Counted from the stretch's first letter, positions 1 through 9,380 are shown. The stretch: DNA of 64,000 nt from Candidatus Aenigmatarchaeota archaeon (GCA_026397375.1 JAPLUZ010000022.1:24234-88233), one strand, 5' to 3'. Notes: generated by a model not told the origin, from the sequence alone. A program made the numbers and translations.

Positions 1-247
1 AATTGCAGGAAAAATGTGTTGTCACAGAAAAGTGAATTGATATAGTTTGCAGTGAAGTAATGCTTATAAGAGCCTGATTCCATTTCTTTAGGATGGCAGA
101 GGAGCAGGACTGAACTTGCTACGCATTCAGCCTTGCTTCATTCTCCTTTTTTCACAGATTTTTGATATTATTTTTGATATTTTTTAATCGTTGCTACCAA
201 ATTGCGACACCTTTATAAGAGTTTCTGTAATTAGGGTTTTGTTCATT

Positions 248-1297
248 ATGACACAAATAGGTATAACGGGCTACGGGTCCTACGTGCCGCGCTTCAGAAT
301 AAAAGTAGAGGAAATAGCAAAAGTCTGGGGTGCTGATGCAGAGGCAATAAAAGACGGCCTGCTTGTTGACGAGAAGAGTGTGCCTGGCAGTGATGAGGAC
401 ACTATTACTATTTCTGTAGAAGCGGGAAAAAATGCGCTGAAAAGAGCACAGATAGACAGAAAAAAAATAGGCGCCCTGTTCATAGGCAGCGAAAGTCACC
501 CGTATGCTGTAAAGCCTTCCGGCACTGTTGTTGCTGAAGCTCTTGGTTTGAGCACAAATTTGCTGGTGGCGGACATTGAATTTGCATGCAAGGCAGGAAC
601 AGCTGCAATGCAGTGCTGCTATGGGCTTGTAAAAGCAGGCGAGATAGAATACGGCCTTGCAATCGGGGCTGACACTTCACAGGGCAGGCCTGGAGATGCG
701 TTGGAATATACAGCAGGCGCCGGCGGGGCTGCATTTATAATTGGAAAAAATCCAATAGTTGAGATAGAAGGCATGACTTCTTTTACGACAGATACTCCAG
801 ATTTCTGGCGCAGGGAAGGCGAAGATTTTCCACGTCACGGATCACGCTTTACAGGCGAACCTGCTTATTTCAAGCATGTGATAAGCGCGAGTAAGATGAT
901 GATGGAAAAATTGGGATTAACTGCGAAAGATTTTGATTATGTTGTTTTACACACGCCTAACGGCAAGTTTCCAATGCGCGCTTCGAAAATTCTGGGCTTT
1001 GAAAAGGAGAAAATAATGCCGTCGATGATTGTAACAAAAATAGGCAATACGTATTCAGGCGCAAGCCCACTGGCGCTCTGCAATGTTCTGGATACAGTAG
1101 CAAAGCCTGGCGACCGCATACTTATGACGTCTTACGGGTCGGGCGCCGGCAGTGATTCGTTTTCCCTTGTTGTCACAGACAGGCTGTTGGCTGTAAGGGA
1201 TCTTGTTACAAAGACGAATGAGTACATCGAAAAGAAACAGTACATAAGCTATGGCCAGTATGCAAAACTGAGGAAAAAATTGAAGGGGATGGAATAA
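248..1297 (+). CDS. hmgB: Hydroxymethylglutaryl-CoA synthase (archaeal type)
   Basis: [11 protein letters not shown], catalytic [16 protein letters not shown] and GNTYSG motifs. ATG at 248 preferred over TTG at 191. Confidence 0.95.
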   Translation: MTQIGITGYGSYVPRFRIKVEEIAKVWGADAEAIKDGLLVDEKSVPGSDEDTITISVEAGKNALKRAQIDRKKIGALFIGSESHPYAVKPSGTVVAEALGLSTNLLVADIEFACKAGTAAMQCCYGLVKAGEIEYGLAIGADTSQGRPGDALEYTAGAGGAAFIIGKNPIVEIEGMTSFTTDTPDFWRREGEDFPRHGSRFTGEPAYFKHVISASKMMMEKLGLTAKDFDYVVLHTPNGKFPMRASKILGFEKEKIMPSMIVTKIGNTYSGASPLALCNVLDTVAKPGDRILMTSYGSGAGSDSFSLVVTDRLLAVRDLVTKTNEYIEKKQYISYGQYAKLRKKLKGME

Positions 1298-1575
1298 TGA
1301 GTGATGCAAGATACCATACAATTGTTTTATCAGAACCGACGGAAAAGCGAGTTGCACTTATACTTGGTTCTACGGTTCAGAATTCTAACAGGATCTTGCG
1401 GGACTGTCCTGATGCTGATGAATTCGGTATTTGCCCGGCTTGGGCGAGCCCCATGGAGATGTATAAAAATATGGGTTCTACCGTCGTGTACATAGACATG
1501 GCATTTCCGAATTATGAAAGTGTTGTCAGAAGATTTGAGGAGCTTGCAAGAAAAACAGAAGGTGCCAAATCATGA
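1297..1575 (+). CDS. Hypothetical protein (92 aa)
   Basis: Start overlaps the HMGS stop (TAATG) and stop overlaps the thiolase start (ATGA). No recognised motif. Confidence 0.65.
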   Translation: MSDARYHTIVLSEPTEKRVALILGSTVQNSNRILRDCPDADEFGICPAWASPMEMYKNMGSTVVYIDMAFPNYESVVRRFEELARKTEGAKS

Positions 1576-2738
1576 GAAACATAGCTGTTGTTGGAACGCA
1601 CCAGACAAAGTTCGGAGAGCTTTGGGACAAGTCGCTGCGAGATCTGGCTGTGGAAGCAGGCCTCGGAGCAATAAAGAATTCCGGCTTGGAGAAAAGCCAG
1701 ATACAGGCATTGTATGTTGGAAATATGTCAGCTGGCAGATTTGTCGGGCAGGAGCACCTTGGTGCTTTGATAGCTGATAATTTAGGATTGAAAGGTGTGC
1801 CTGCCACACGCTGCGAAGCTGCGTGTGCCTCAGGAAGCGTGGCTTTTCGTGATGCTTATTTTGCTGTTGCGTCTGGTGACATAGACGCTGCGCTTGTCGT
1901 TGGAGTGGAAAAAATGACTGACATCCACGGTAGTGGTGTACTCACTACGTTAGCGGCTGCTGGCGACCAGGAATGGGAAGCCTCAATGGGGCTAACATTT
2001 GCCGGACTCTATGCGCTGATGGCAAGAAAACATATGCACGACTTCCATACAACAAGAGAACAGATGGCCCAAGTAGCTGTTACTAATCATAAAAACGGAT
2101 TGAAGAACAAATTAGCGCAATTCCAGATGGCAATAACGCTGGAAGATGTGCTTACATCAACGATGATTGCTGACCCATTAAGGCTGCTGGATTGTTCACC
2201 TATAACTGACGGTGGCGCAGCTGTTGTTATTACCAGCGAAGATCTTGCCAAAAAGCTGGGTGGCCAGCCTATCTATGTATTGGGAACTGGCAAAGGGACA
2301 GATACGATAGCGCTGCACGACAGAAAGTCTTACACAGAACTGCTTTCTACGAAGCTGGCTGCTAGGCGGGCTTATGAGCAGGCAGGACTTCGGCCACAGG
2401 ATATAGATGTGACAGAGGTCCACGACTGCTTCACGATAAACGAGATAATAGCTATGGAGGACCTGGGATTTGTGGAGAAAGGCAAAGGCGGCAAATTCGT
2501 TGAGGATGGAGAGATAGATATTAATGGCTCTGTGCCTACCAATACGTGCGGCGGCCTGAAGGTCTGCGGTCATCCTGTCGGCGCAACTGGTGTAAGACAA
2601 ATTGCAGAAATTGTACAGCTGTTAAAAGGTGAATGTTTCAATCCGATAAACGGGGCTGAAATCGGACTGAACCTGAATATAGGCGGGTCTGGTGCGACTG
2701 CCGTTGTAAATATATTCGGGAAGGAGCCGAAGGTGTAA
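1572..2738 (+). CDS. Acetoacetyl-CoA thiolase (archaeal, SCP2-like)
   Basis: EAACASG catalytic Cys, GVEKMTD, EVHDCF and GHPVGATG motifs; clustered with HMGS and DUF35. Confidence 0.95.
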   Translation: MRNIAVVGTHQTKFGELWDKSLRDLAVEAGLGAIKNSGLEKSQIQALYVGNMSAGRFVGQEHLGALIADNLGLKGVPATRCEAACASGSVAFRDAYFAVASGDIDAALVVGVEKMTDIHGSGVLTTLAAAGDQEWEASMGLTFAGLYALMARKHMHDFHTTREQMAQVAVTNHKNGLKNKLAQFQMAITLEDVLTSTMIADPLRLLDCSPITDGGAAVVITSEDLAKKLGGQPIYVLGTGKGTDTIALHDRKSYTELLSTKLAARRAYEQAGLRPQDIDVTEVHDCFTINEIIAMEDLGFVEKGKGGKFVEDGEIDINGSVPTNTCGGLKVCGHPVGATGVRQIAEIVQLLKGECFNPINGAEIGLNLNIGGSGATAVVNIFGKEPKV

Positions 2739-2740
2739 TT

Positions 2741-2992
2741 ATGCAAAGGGGGTTTTTGGTTGAGGGGGATGTTGTAGAAGTACAAGTAAAGGGCTTGGAA
2801 GATGGGCATACGGATCTTGTGAGGATTTATCATGTTATAGATGACGAGGTTTGCGCGTATCCTGAGAATATAAGTTTCCCGTGGATGAAGGATATTTGCA
2901 CCTACACGCTTGATGATGTTAAAAATGTCATTATTGGTCTTACTCCGCTGTTTCCCATGCAGTATCAGCCAATAACCAAGTATGTTAGGTAA
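2741..2992 (+). CDS. Hypothetical protein (83 aa, possibly a small beta-barrel)
   Basis: Tightly packed in the operon; beta-rich N-terminus (EGDVVEVQV). No family recognised. Confidence 0.55.
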   Translation: MQRGFLVEGDVVEVQVKGLEDGHTDLVRIYHVIDDEVCAYPENISFPWMKDICTYTLDDVKNVIIGLTPLFPMQYQPITKYVR

Positions 2993-2997
2993 TAATT

Positions 2998-3225
2998 ATG
3001 ACATATAAACTTAGCTTTGACCCTGCGCAGCTGCCGCCCAGGAGTGAATGGAAAAGAACAACAGTATTGTTAAACGCTCCGTCCCGTGAACATATAGGGA
3101 TTTTGTCAGTTATGAAGGGCTGCGGTAAAAACGATGTTATACTTGATGCATTAACAAGATACATTAAAGAAGCTGGTTTTGATCCGTTCAAAAAACCAAA
3201 AAACATCATAGTAGAATATGAGTGA
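2998..3225 (+). CDS. Small protein with a ribbon-helix-helix-like pattern
   Basis: KRTTVLL strand followed by two helices ending KNDVILDALTRYIKE; stop overlaps the DUF35 start region. Confidence 0.55.
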   Translation: MTYKLSFDPAQLPPRSEWKRTTVLLNAPSREHIGILSVMKGCGKNDVILDALTRYIKEAGFDPFKKPKNIIVEYE

Positions 3226-3629
3226 TAATCATGCCGCATAGAGGATCTGTACCGATGTCGTGGAGACTGGCAAAGCACAGGTACGCTATGGTAGGCGTAA
3301 AATGTAGGAAGTGTGGAGCTGCGCATTTCCCGCCGCGCATGGTGTGCATGGATTGCGGCAGCCAGGACATGGACAAGTTCCAGTTTTCCGGCAACGGAGA
3401 GATATTATCCTACACGGTAATTCATACTGCACCAGAAGGGTTTGAAAAACAAACACCATATGCCATTGCCTTGGTCAAGCTGGAGGAAGGACCTGTGGTC
3501 AGTGGACATGTTATCAACAAAGAAAGCATAGAAATAGGAAAGCAGGTAAGTATGGTTTTCAGGAAGCTCTATGAGGATGGCAAAGCCGGAGTTATCAACT
3601 ACGGATTCAAGTTTGAGGTAGTTGAGTAG
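3222..3629 (+). CDS. DUF35 Zn-ribbon/OB-fold scaffold of the thiolase-HMGS complex
   Basis: CRKCG...FPPRMVCMDC zinc ribbon, GEILSYTVIH OB fold, YGFKF end. True start may be ATG 3231. Confidence 0.93.
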   Translation: MIIMPHRGSVPMSWRLAKHRYAMVGVKCRKCGAAHFPPRMVCMDCGSQDMDKFQFSGNGEILSYTVIHTAPEGFEKQTPYAIALVKLEEGPVVSGHVINKESIEIGKQVSMVFRKLYEDGKAGVINYGFKFEVVE

Positions 3630-4040
3630 TAGGTTAAGAAAGATTATTAGAAACTTCTCAAAATGTTGGCCATCTCAATTGTCATTAATAGTTGTTAACA
3701 GTTAAACTACATTTGCCAGAATTCTTAACAAAACAAGGAATTATTTGCAAAAACCAACACTGACCCTGTTGCTTCCTGTCAAAAGCAATAAATTAACCTC
3801 GATTTCTTATGCAAGATAGGATACCTCCTCTTCCTATAACAATGTTATATATAGTTAGTAGTATATGCGTGAGTGCACTGGAAATTATGGGGTGCTCTAC
3901 TTTTTCTAACATAGACTTTGGAAAACATCTATTTCCAGTGGAGATATTTTTATATACTCTCCATGAGAAATAGTGGTGTTAACGTGGATGGCTTTTTTGT
4001 TTACCAAAGGCTGGCTGTCCTTAACTAGTGGGGTGTTGGT
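3630..4040. other. Probable chromosomal replication origin (oriC) with ORB-like boxes
   Basis: ~410 bp non-coding gap directly upstream of cdc6. GTGCACTGGAAATTATGGGGTG at 3873-3894 (ORB core plus G-string), inverted core ATTTCCAGTG at 3931-3940, weaker minus-strand box at 3763-3782, AT-rich tract between boxes. Confidence 0.75.
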
Positions 4041-5276
4041 GTGAAGTTAGAGACTACAATACAAAATAACATATTTTCGCAGTATCTTCAGAAAGAAAAC
4101 ATATTCAAGGATAAGAAATTTTTGACTTCTTCTTTTGTTCCAGACAAGATAACACACAGGGACGGTGAAATTAGGCAAATAGGCTCAATCCTGGCGCCTG
4201 TCCTGAAGGGCTACAGTGCCAATAACATATTCATCTACGGCACCTGCGGTACTGGCAAGACCATATGCGCCAAGTTCATTATCAACCAATTAAAGGAAAT
4301 TTCTGACAAAAATGGCCATAAAATAAAGGTCATCTACGTAAACTGCAAGATGAAGAGGGTAGCTGACACAGAATACAGGCTTTTTGCCCAGCTGCTCAAG
4401 GAATTAGGAGAGTATGTTCCAGATACAGGATTGCCAACAGACGTGCTTTACAGAAAGTTCTTTGAAAAAGTAGAAACAGCAAAGTGCACCCACATCCTTA
4501 TACTGGATGAAATAGACACCCTTGTAAAGAAGGTTGGCGACGAGTTTCTCTATAATTTCACAAGAATAAACCAGGAGCTAAAGCAGAGCCACCTCACAAT
4601 TGTAGGTATAACAAATGACCTGTCAATAAGAGACAACCTGGACCTCAGGGTAAAATCCTCGTTGTCTGAAGAGGAGATATTGTTCAAGCCGTACAATGCA
4701 AACCAGCTGAAGGACATATTAGAAGAAAGGGCGAACAGCGGCTTTATCTCAGGCGTTATAGAAGAACCGGTAATAGCAAAGTGCGCAGCCATAGCTGCAC
4801 AAGAACATGGGGACGCAAGAAGGGCGCTGGACCTGCTGCGTGTTGCCGGCGAGATAGCAGAGCGCTCTGGCGAAGACACGGTTACTGAAAAGCATGTTGA
4901 CATAGCAGAGCAAAAGATAGACCTGGACCGCGTAACAGAAACAGTAAAAGTGCAGCCAACCCAGTCACAGGCTGTGCTGTATTCAATAATTCTATTGAAA
5001 AACAAGATTAATGACCAGAAAAAATGGGTGGACAAAAGGCTTATGACAGGCGACGTTTTTGACCAATACTGCCAGATATGCGCTTCCAACGGCCTGAAGT
5101 CATTGACACAAAGAAGGGTTTCAGACCTGATAAGCGAATTGGACATGCTGGGCATAATAAATGCAAAGGTCATCAGCAACGGCCGCCATGGAAGGACAAG
5201 GGAGATAATACCAGCCATGAATGAAACAGTCCTTGGCAAAGTAACTACTTTCCTTTCTGAGAAGTTTTCGGTGTGA
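4041..5276 (+). CDS. cdc6: Orc1/Cdc6 replication initiator
   Basis: Walker A GTCGTGKT, Walker B ILDEID, HGDARRALDLL and a C-terminal winged helix (ISELDMLGII...GRHGRT). Confidence 0.96.
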   Translation: MKLETTIQNNIFSQYLQKENIFKDKKFLTSSFVPDKITHRDGEIRQIGSILAPVLKGYSANNIFIYGTCGTGKTICAKFIINQLKEISDKNGHKIKVIYVNCKMKRVADTEYRLFAQLLKELGEYVPDTGLPTDVLYRKFFEKVETAKCTHILILDEIDTLVKKVGDEFLYNFTRINQELKQSHLTIVGITNDLSIRDNLDLRVKSSLSEEEILFKPYNANQLKDILEERANSGFISGVIEEPVIAKCAAIAAQEHGDARRALDLLRVAGEIAERSGEDTVTEKHVDIAEQKIDLDRVTETVKVQPTQSQAVLYSIILLKNKINDQKKWVDKRLMTGDVFDQYCQICASNGLKSLTQRRVSDLISELDMLGIINAKVISNGRHGRTREIIPAMNETVLGKVTTFLSEKFSV

Positions 5277-6364
5277 ATATGAAAGAAGAGGTAGTGAGGA
5301 AGTTTCTCCAGAAAGGGAGACTTCTTTCACCGGATATTTTAGAGAAGTTGGTCAGCGGACAGATAGACGAAACTATGGTACTCTATGATGATCTGGTTAT
5401 AACAAACGCCAGACAGAAAGACAAGGAAGAATTTACAATTTTAAAGAACATAACAAAAAAGAAGGAAGAAGCCAGCGCCGAGGATTTTGCCAAATTCTAC
5501 AGGTCAAAATACGAAAAGACCGTCAGTATTCTTGCAACACGCCTGCAGAAAGACTTCATCTCATTAAACAAAGTGGATAATTTTCGAAATGAAATATATG
5601 TAACAGGCATTGTCAAAGACGTGCAGAAAAAAGATGAAAAATTTATAATAGAGCTTGAAGATCTTACAGGCTCCGGAAAAATAGTTTTTGACGGCGAGCA
5701 GGACGTGGATTTGGACGATGTGGTGGCTGTCAGGTGCGTATCAGCCGGAAACATACTTTTTGGCAAGCAGATTATATATCCGGATGTTCCATTAAGACAG
5801 CCAAAGACCGGTTCTGGTAGTGCATGTTTTATCTCAGGTCTTAACCTACACGAAGCAGCAAAACAGGATGCTGAGAAATTCTTTAGATGGTTTTCAGAAC
5901 AGCACGCTGACCTGCTTTTTGTAGCTGGCGACATAGGCGACAAGGACGTTTTTGAGAAATATGTAAACATATACTGCTCTCAAAAAACTATCTTTGTTAT
6001 CCCTGGAAATAAAGATAAGGACGAGGAGTATCCGCAGACGCCTATAATTTTTGACAACAAAAACATCGTTTCAATAAGCAATCCAGGAATGGTGGAAGTG
6101 AATGGCCTGGTAATACTGCTTATTCATAACTTTAACACGGACATGCTGAAAAAGCGTTATCTCGGCCGATCAAAATGTATTATGGACGAGGACGAATTGG
6201 TATTAGATATAACGCCCGACATCGTTTGTCACAGCGCTGCGGACTCGCAGGTTACAAATTATAAGTCAATAACAATGGTTACTTCTGGGTCCCTGCTTGC
6301 CGACTTCAGGCCAGTTGTAATAGATTTTGGCACCAGAGAAGCACAGCAGAATAAAATAGAATAG
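5273..6364 (+). CDS. DNA polymerase D small subunit (DP1) homolog, predicted exonuclease-inactive
   Basis: OB fold (IELEDLTG, DDVVAV, IIYPDVP) followed by a calcineurin-like domain with altered metal ligands (FISGLNLH, AGDIGD, PGNKD, PDIVCHSAAD). Occupies the canonical DP1 position after cdc6. Confidence 0.85.
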   Translation: MNMKEEVVRKFLQKGRLLSPDILEKLVSGQIDETMVLYDDLVITNARQKDKEEFTILKNITKKKEEASAEDFAKFYRSKYEKTVSILATRLQKDFISLNKVDNFRNEIYVTGIVKDVQKKDEKFIIELEDLTGSGKIVFDGEQDVDLDDVVAVRCVSAGNILFGKQIIYPDVPLRQPKTGSGSACFISGLNLHEAAKQDAEKFFRWFSEQHADLLFVAGDIGDKDVFEKYVNIYCSQKTIFVIPGNKDKDEEYPQTPIIFDNKNIVSISNPGMVEVNGLVILLIHNFNTDMLKKRYLGRSKCIMDEDELVLDITPDIVCHSAADSQVTNYKSITMVTSGSLLADFRPVVIDFGTREAQQNKIE

Positions 6365-6385
6365 AAATAAAAGCACTGCAGACAT

Positions 6386-9088
6386 GTGATAAAAATGAAG
6401 TTTCAAATACTGGACATTGATTATTTTCTAAATAACAACAAGCCCGTTCTCAGAATATTCGGCAAACAGGAAGACGGGACATCGGTCTGCGGCATGTACG
6501 ACAAGCTGGAGCCATATTTTTATATAAGGCTTGGCGTATCATTTGACAAGGCACTGGATGAAATGGAGAAAATGAGGGAAATAAAGAATGTGGAGCAGGC
6601 AGAAAGGTTCGTGCCTCTCGGGTACCAAACAAGCAAGACAAAACTATTGAAGGTTACATTATGGAACCCGCAGGAAGTGCCAACCGTAAAATCAAAGCTA
6701 ATTGAATTGGGCATAGCAAAAGATATTTTCGAAGCGGACATACTTTTCAAGTATAGGTTTATGATTGATCACGGGTTCTATGGCATGCAATGGGTTGAAG
6801 CAGACGGAGAGTCGACAAAGACTGTAAAATCAAAGGTCAAAACCTATAAAATAAATTCCATAAAACCAATTGAAAAACAGGAGAACGCGCCAATAAGTTA
6901 CATGGCATTTGATATAGAATGCGTGCCGTCGGACCCAAAAAGACCGCTTGACGCCAGAAAAGATCCAATAGTGATGATATCCTTGTCTTTTGTGCCTGAA
7001 TACAGAAACAAAAAAGACATTGTACTTGTTGCAAAGCCTTTCACCGGCGAAGGGACAAAGGGATTTGCCAATGAGAAAGAGATGCTCGAAGAGTTTCTGA
7101 ATATTATAGAAACGTATGACCCGGATGTGCTCACAGGCTACAACATAAATTCCTTTGACTTTCCATACATTGTAGAAAGGCTGAAGCAGAACAAGCTCAA
7201 CGCATGCATAGGCAGGACAGACAAGGAGGCCTTCTCAAGAGAGTTTGGCATAACCAATGAATTTATTGTTACAGGCAGGGTCGTTGTCGACCCGTACCAG
7301 ATATTGAAAAGGGATCCGTGGGTAAAATTTCACAGGTACGACCTCAATACAGTGGCAAAGCAGCTGCTGAATGAAGAAAAACATGCAGTTGAATACGGAG
7401 AAATGGCAGGACTATGGAATGGAGGAAAAGAAGGCCTTTCCAGGCTTATAGAATACTGCAGAAGGGATGCTGATCTATCACTTAAACTGGTCTTGAACAG
7501 GGGAATGCTGGACAAATTCTTTGAACTGTCGAAGATATCAGGCCTGCTTTTACAGGACGTATTCGGCGGCCAGACAAGGCGCATAGAAGTAATGCTTTTG
7601 CATGAATTCAGGAAAAGGGATTTCGTAATGTCCGCCGCGCCGTCACGCAATGACATGAGCAGAAGAACAGGCGAAAGAAAGGACAACGAACTGAAAGGCG
7701 CAACTGTCCTGGAGCCGAAAAAGGGCCTGCACGCAGAAGGCTGTGTTCTGGTTTTGGATTTCAAAAGCCTGTACCCGTCTATAATGAGAACATTTAATGT
7801 ATCCCCTGACTCGGTATTGCTCGACAAAGAACTTATAGAAAAAGTGAAATCACACCAGTCACCTACAGGAACACATTTCGTTGATGGGGAAATTTACCAG
7901 GGAATATTTCCTTTTGTGCTTACAAAATTGCTCGATGCAAGAGGTGCAATAAAGAAGCAGATGAAGACAAGCGCAGGAGATGAGAAAAGGATATTGAATG
8001 CAAAACAGCTCGCGCTGAAAGATATATGCAATTCCTTTTACGGATACACAGGTTACATACGCGCCCGCCTGTACATGATAGACGTTGCCAATAGCATAAC
8101 AGGCTACGGCAGGGATAACATAGAAAAAACAAGAAAGCTGATTGAAGAAAACTTTGACGTGGAAGTTGTTTACGGAGACACGGATAGCATATTTTTGAAA
8201 ACAAAAACAACAAATCTTGAAGAAGCACAGGAACTTGGCACAAAAATATCCAAGTTCATTACAGAGAGGCTGCCGGGCTATCTGGAATTAGAATTCGAGA
8301 AAATATACAGGACATTCCTCATACTTTCAAAGAAGCGCTACGCAGGATGGAAATTTGAAAAGGTCGGAGACAAATGGAATGACGAAATGGAAATGCGCGG
8401 CATAGAAACCGTGCGCAGGGACTGGTGCATGCTTGTATCCGATGTGATGAACGAGGTCTTGAGAATTGTTCTGAAAGAAGGGGATCTGCAGGCGGCAATA
8501 ACATGCGTCAAGGATATTTTGGACAAGCTGCGCAAGGGAAAAATACCAATGGAAAAATTGACAATAATCAAAGGCATTACACAGAGCCTGGATGCATACA
8601 AAGGAACGCTGCCTCATATAGAACTTGCAAAAAAACTGGCTATAAGAAATCCACACGACCCGCCAAAGGTCGGGGACCGCCTGGAGTTTGTCATAATCAA
8701 GGGAAACCAGATGCTGTCAAAGAGGTCAGAAGACCCCAGATACGCAGAGCAGAATAACATACAGATAGATTCAGACTACTACATAAACAGCCAGCTATTC
8801 CCGCCAATAGAGAGAATATTTGCAGCCGTTGGCATTGATAAGAGCGAGATTTTCGGCAGCGGTCATCAGGCAAGCCTGGGTGACCTGCTTTCCGGAAAGA
8901 AGAGAACAATGAAACACGACATCGAAATAGAATACAAAAAACTGGAAGGAATAGAAGAGTTCATCTGCAAGAAATGCAACAAATCTTACAGGAGAATACC
9001 GCTTTCAGGCGTGTGTGAATGCGGCGGAGAATTGCTAATGAGCTACCACGGATCTGTAGGAGACAAAATAATTCTGGACAAAAAATAA
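6386..9088 (+). CDS. polB: Family B DNA polymerase with C-terminal PIP-like box and DP2-like Zn finger
   Basis: Exo I FDIE, Exo II YNINSFD, Exo III YCRRD; polymerase motifs DFKSLYPS, KDICNSFYGY and YGDTDS. Tail QASLGDLL then CKKC...RRIPLSGVCECGG. Confidence 0.96.
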   Translation: MIKMKFQILDIDYFLNNNKPVLRIFGKQEDGTSVCGMYDKLEPYFYIRLGVSFDKALDEMEKMREIKNVEQAERFVPLGYQTSKTKLLKVTLWNPQEVPTVKSKLIELGIAKDIFEADILFKYRFMIDHGFYGMQWVEADGESTKTVKSKVKTYKINSIKPIEKQENAPISYMAFDIECVPSDPKRPLDARKDPIVMISLSFVPEYRNKKDIVLVAKPFTGEGTKGFANEKEMLEEFLNIIETYDPDVLTGYNINSFDFPYIVERLKQNKLNACIGRTDKEAFSREFGITNEFIVTGRVVVDPYQILKRDPWVKFHRYDLNTVAKQLLNEEKHAVEYGEMAGLWNGGKEGLSRLIEYCRRDADLSLKLVLNRGMLDKFFELSKISGLLLQDVFGGQTRRIEVMLLHEFRKRDFVMSAAPSRNDMSRRTGERKDNELKGATVLEPKKGLHAEGCVLVLDFKSLYPSIMRTFNVSPDSVLLDKELIEKVKSHQSPTGTHFVDGEIYQGIFPFVLTKLLDARGAIKKQMKTSAGDEKRILNAKQLALKDICNSFYGYTGYIRARLYMIDVANSITGYGRDNIEKTRKLIEENFDVEVVYGDTDSIFLKTKTTNLEEAQELGTKISKFITERLPGYLELEFEKIYRTFLILSKKRYAGWKFEKVGDKWNDEMEMRGIETVRRDWCMLVSDVMNEVLRIVLKEGDLQAAITCVKDILDKLRKGKIPMEKLTIIKGITQSLDAYKGTLPHIELAKKLAIRNPHDPPKVGDRLEFVIIKGNQMLSKRSEDPRYAEQNNIQIDSDYYINSQLFPPIERIFAAVGIDKSEIFGSGHQASLGDLLSGKKRTMKHDIEIEYKKLEGIEEFICKKCNKSYRRIPLSGVCECGGELLMSYHGSVGDKIILDKK

Positions 9089-9128
9089 TCACTTAAATAA
9101 ATTTCAAAGAAATTATAAAGGGAAAGAT

Positions 9129-9377
9129 ATGGCACTTGAAATTGAGATGGCAACATACAACAAGGAACTACCGAGGCTACTATCACAAACAGGAAAACAC
9201 GTTCTTATTATTGAAGATCGTGTAATAGATACATATGTCGGCTATGACGCCGCTCTAAAAAGGGGCTATATGGAAGCTGGCATCGGCAAACCATTTTTGG
9301 TCAAAAAAATTGCCAAGGAAGATATACAATTTTTCACAAGAAATATTACTTCTGCTTCTGTTGTTTATACACAGTAG
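9129..9377 (+). CDS. Small hypothetical protein (DUF5678-like)
   Basis: Pattern GKHVLI...VIDTY..Y.AALKRGY...PFLVKKI resembles the DUF5678-like small proteins (recalled, not searched). Confidence 0.55.
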   Translation: MALEIEMATYNKELPRLLSQTGKHVLIIEDRVIDTYVGYDAALKRGYMEAGIGKPFLVKKIAKEDIQFFTRNITSASVVYTQ

Positions 9378-9380
9378 AAA

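Noticed and set aside
159-181. TTTTTGATATT direct repeat upstream of HMG-CoA synthase
   Set aside because: Low-complexity T-rich sequence that could be a terminator or chance; not enough support for an operator.
4550-5239. 229-aa antisense ORF inside cdc6, and similar long antisense ORFs (10241-10798, 13357-13980, 29095-29775, 35699-36238, 59855-60295)
   Set aside because: These are shadows of well-supported genes on the opposite strand and carry no motifs of their own.
6386-9088. Intein as the explanation for PolB length
   Set aside because: Polymerase motifs are normally spaced with no intein splice motifs; the extra length is the C-terminal Zn-finger tail.
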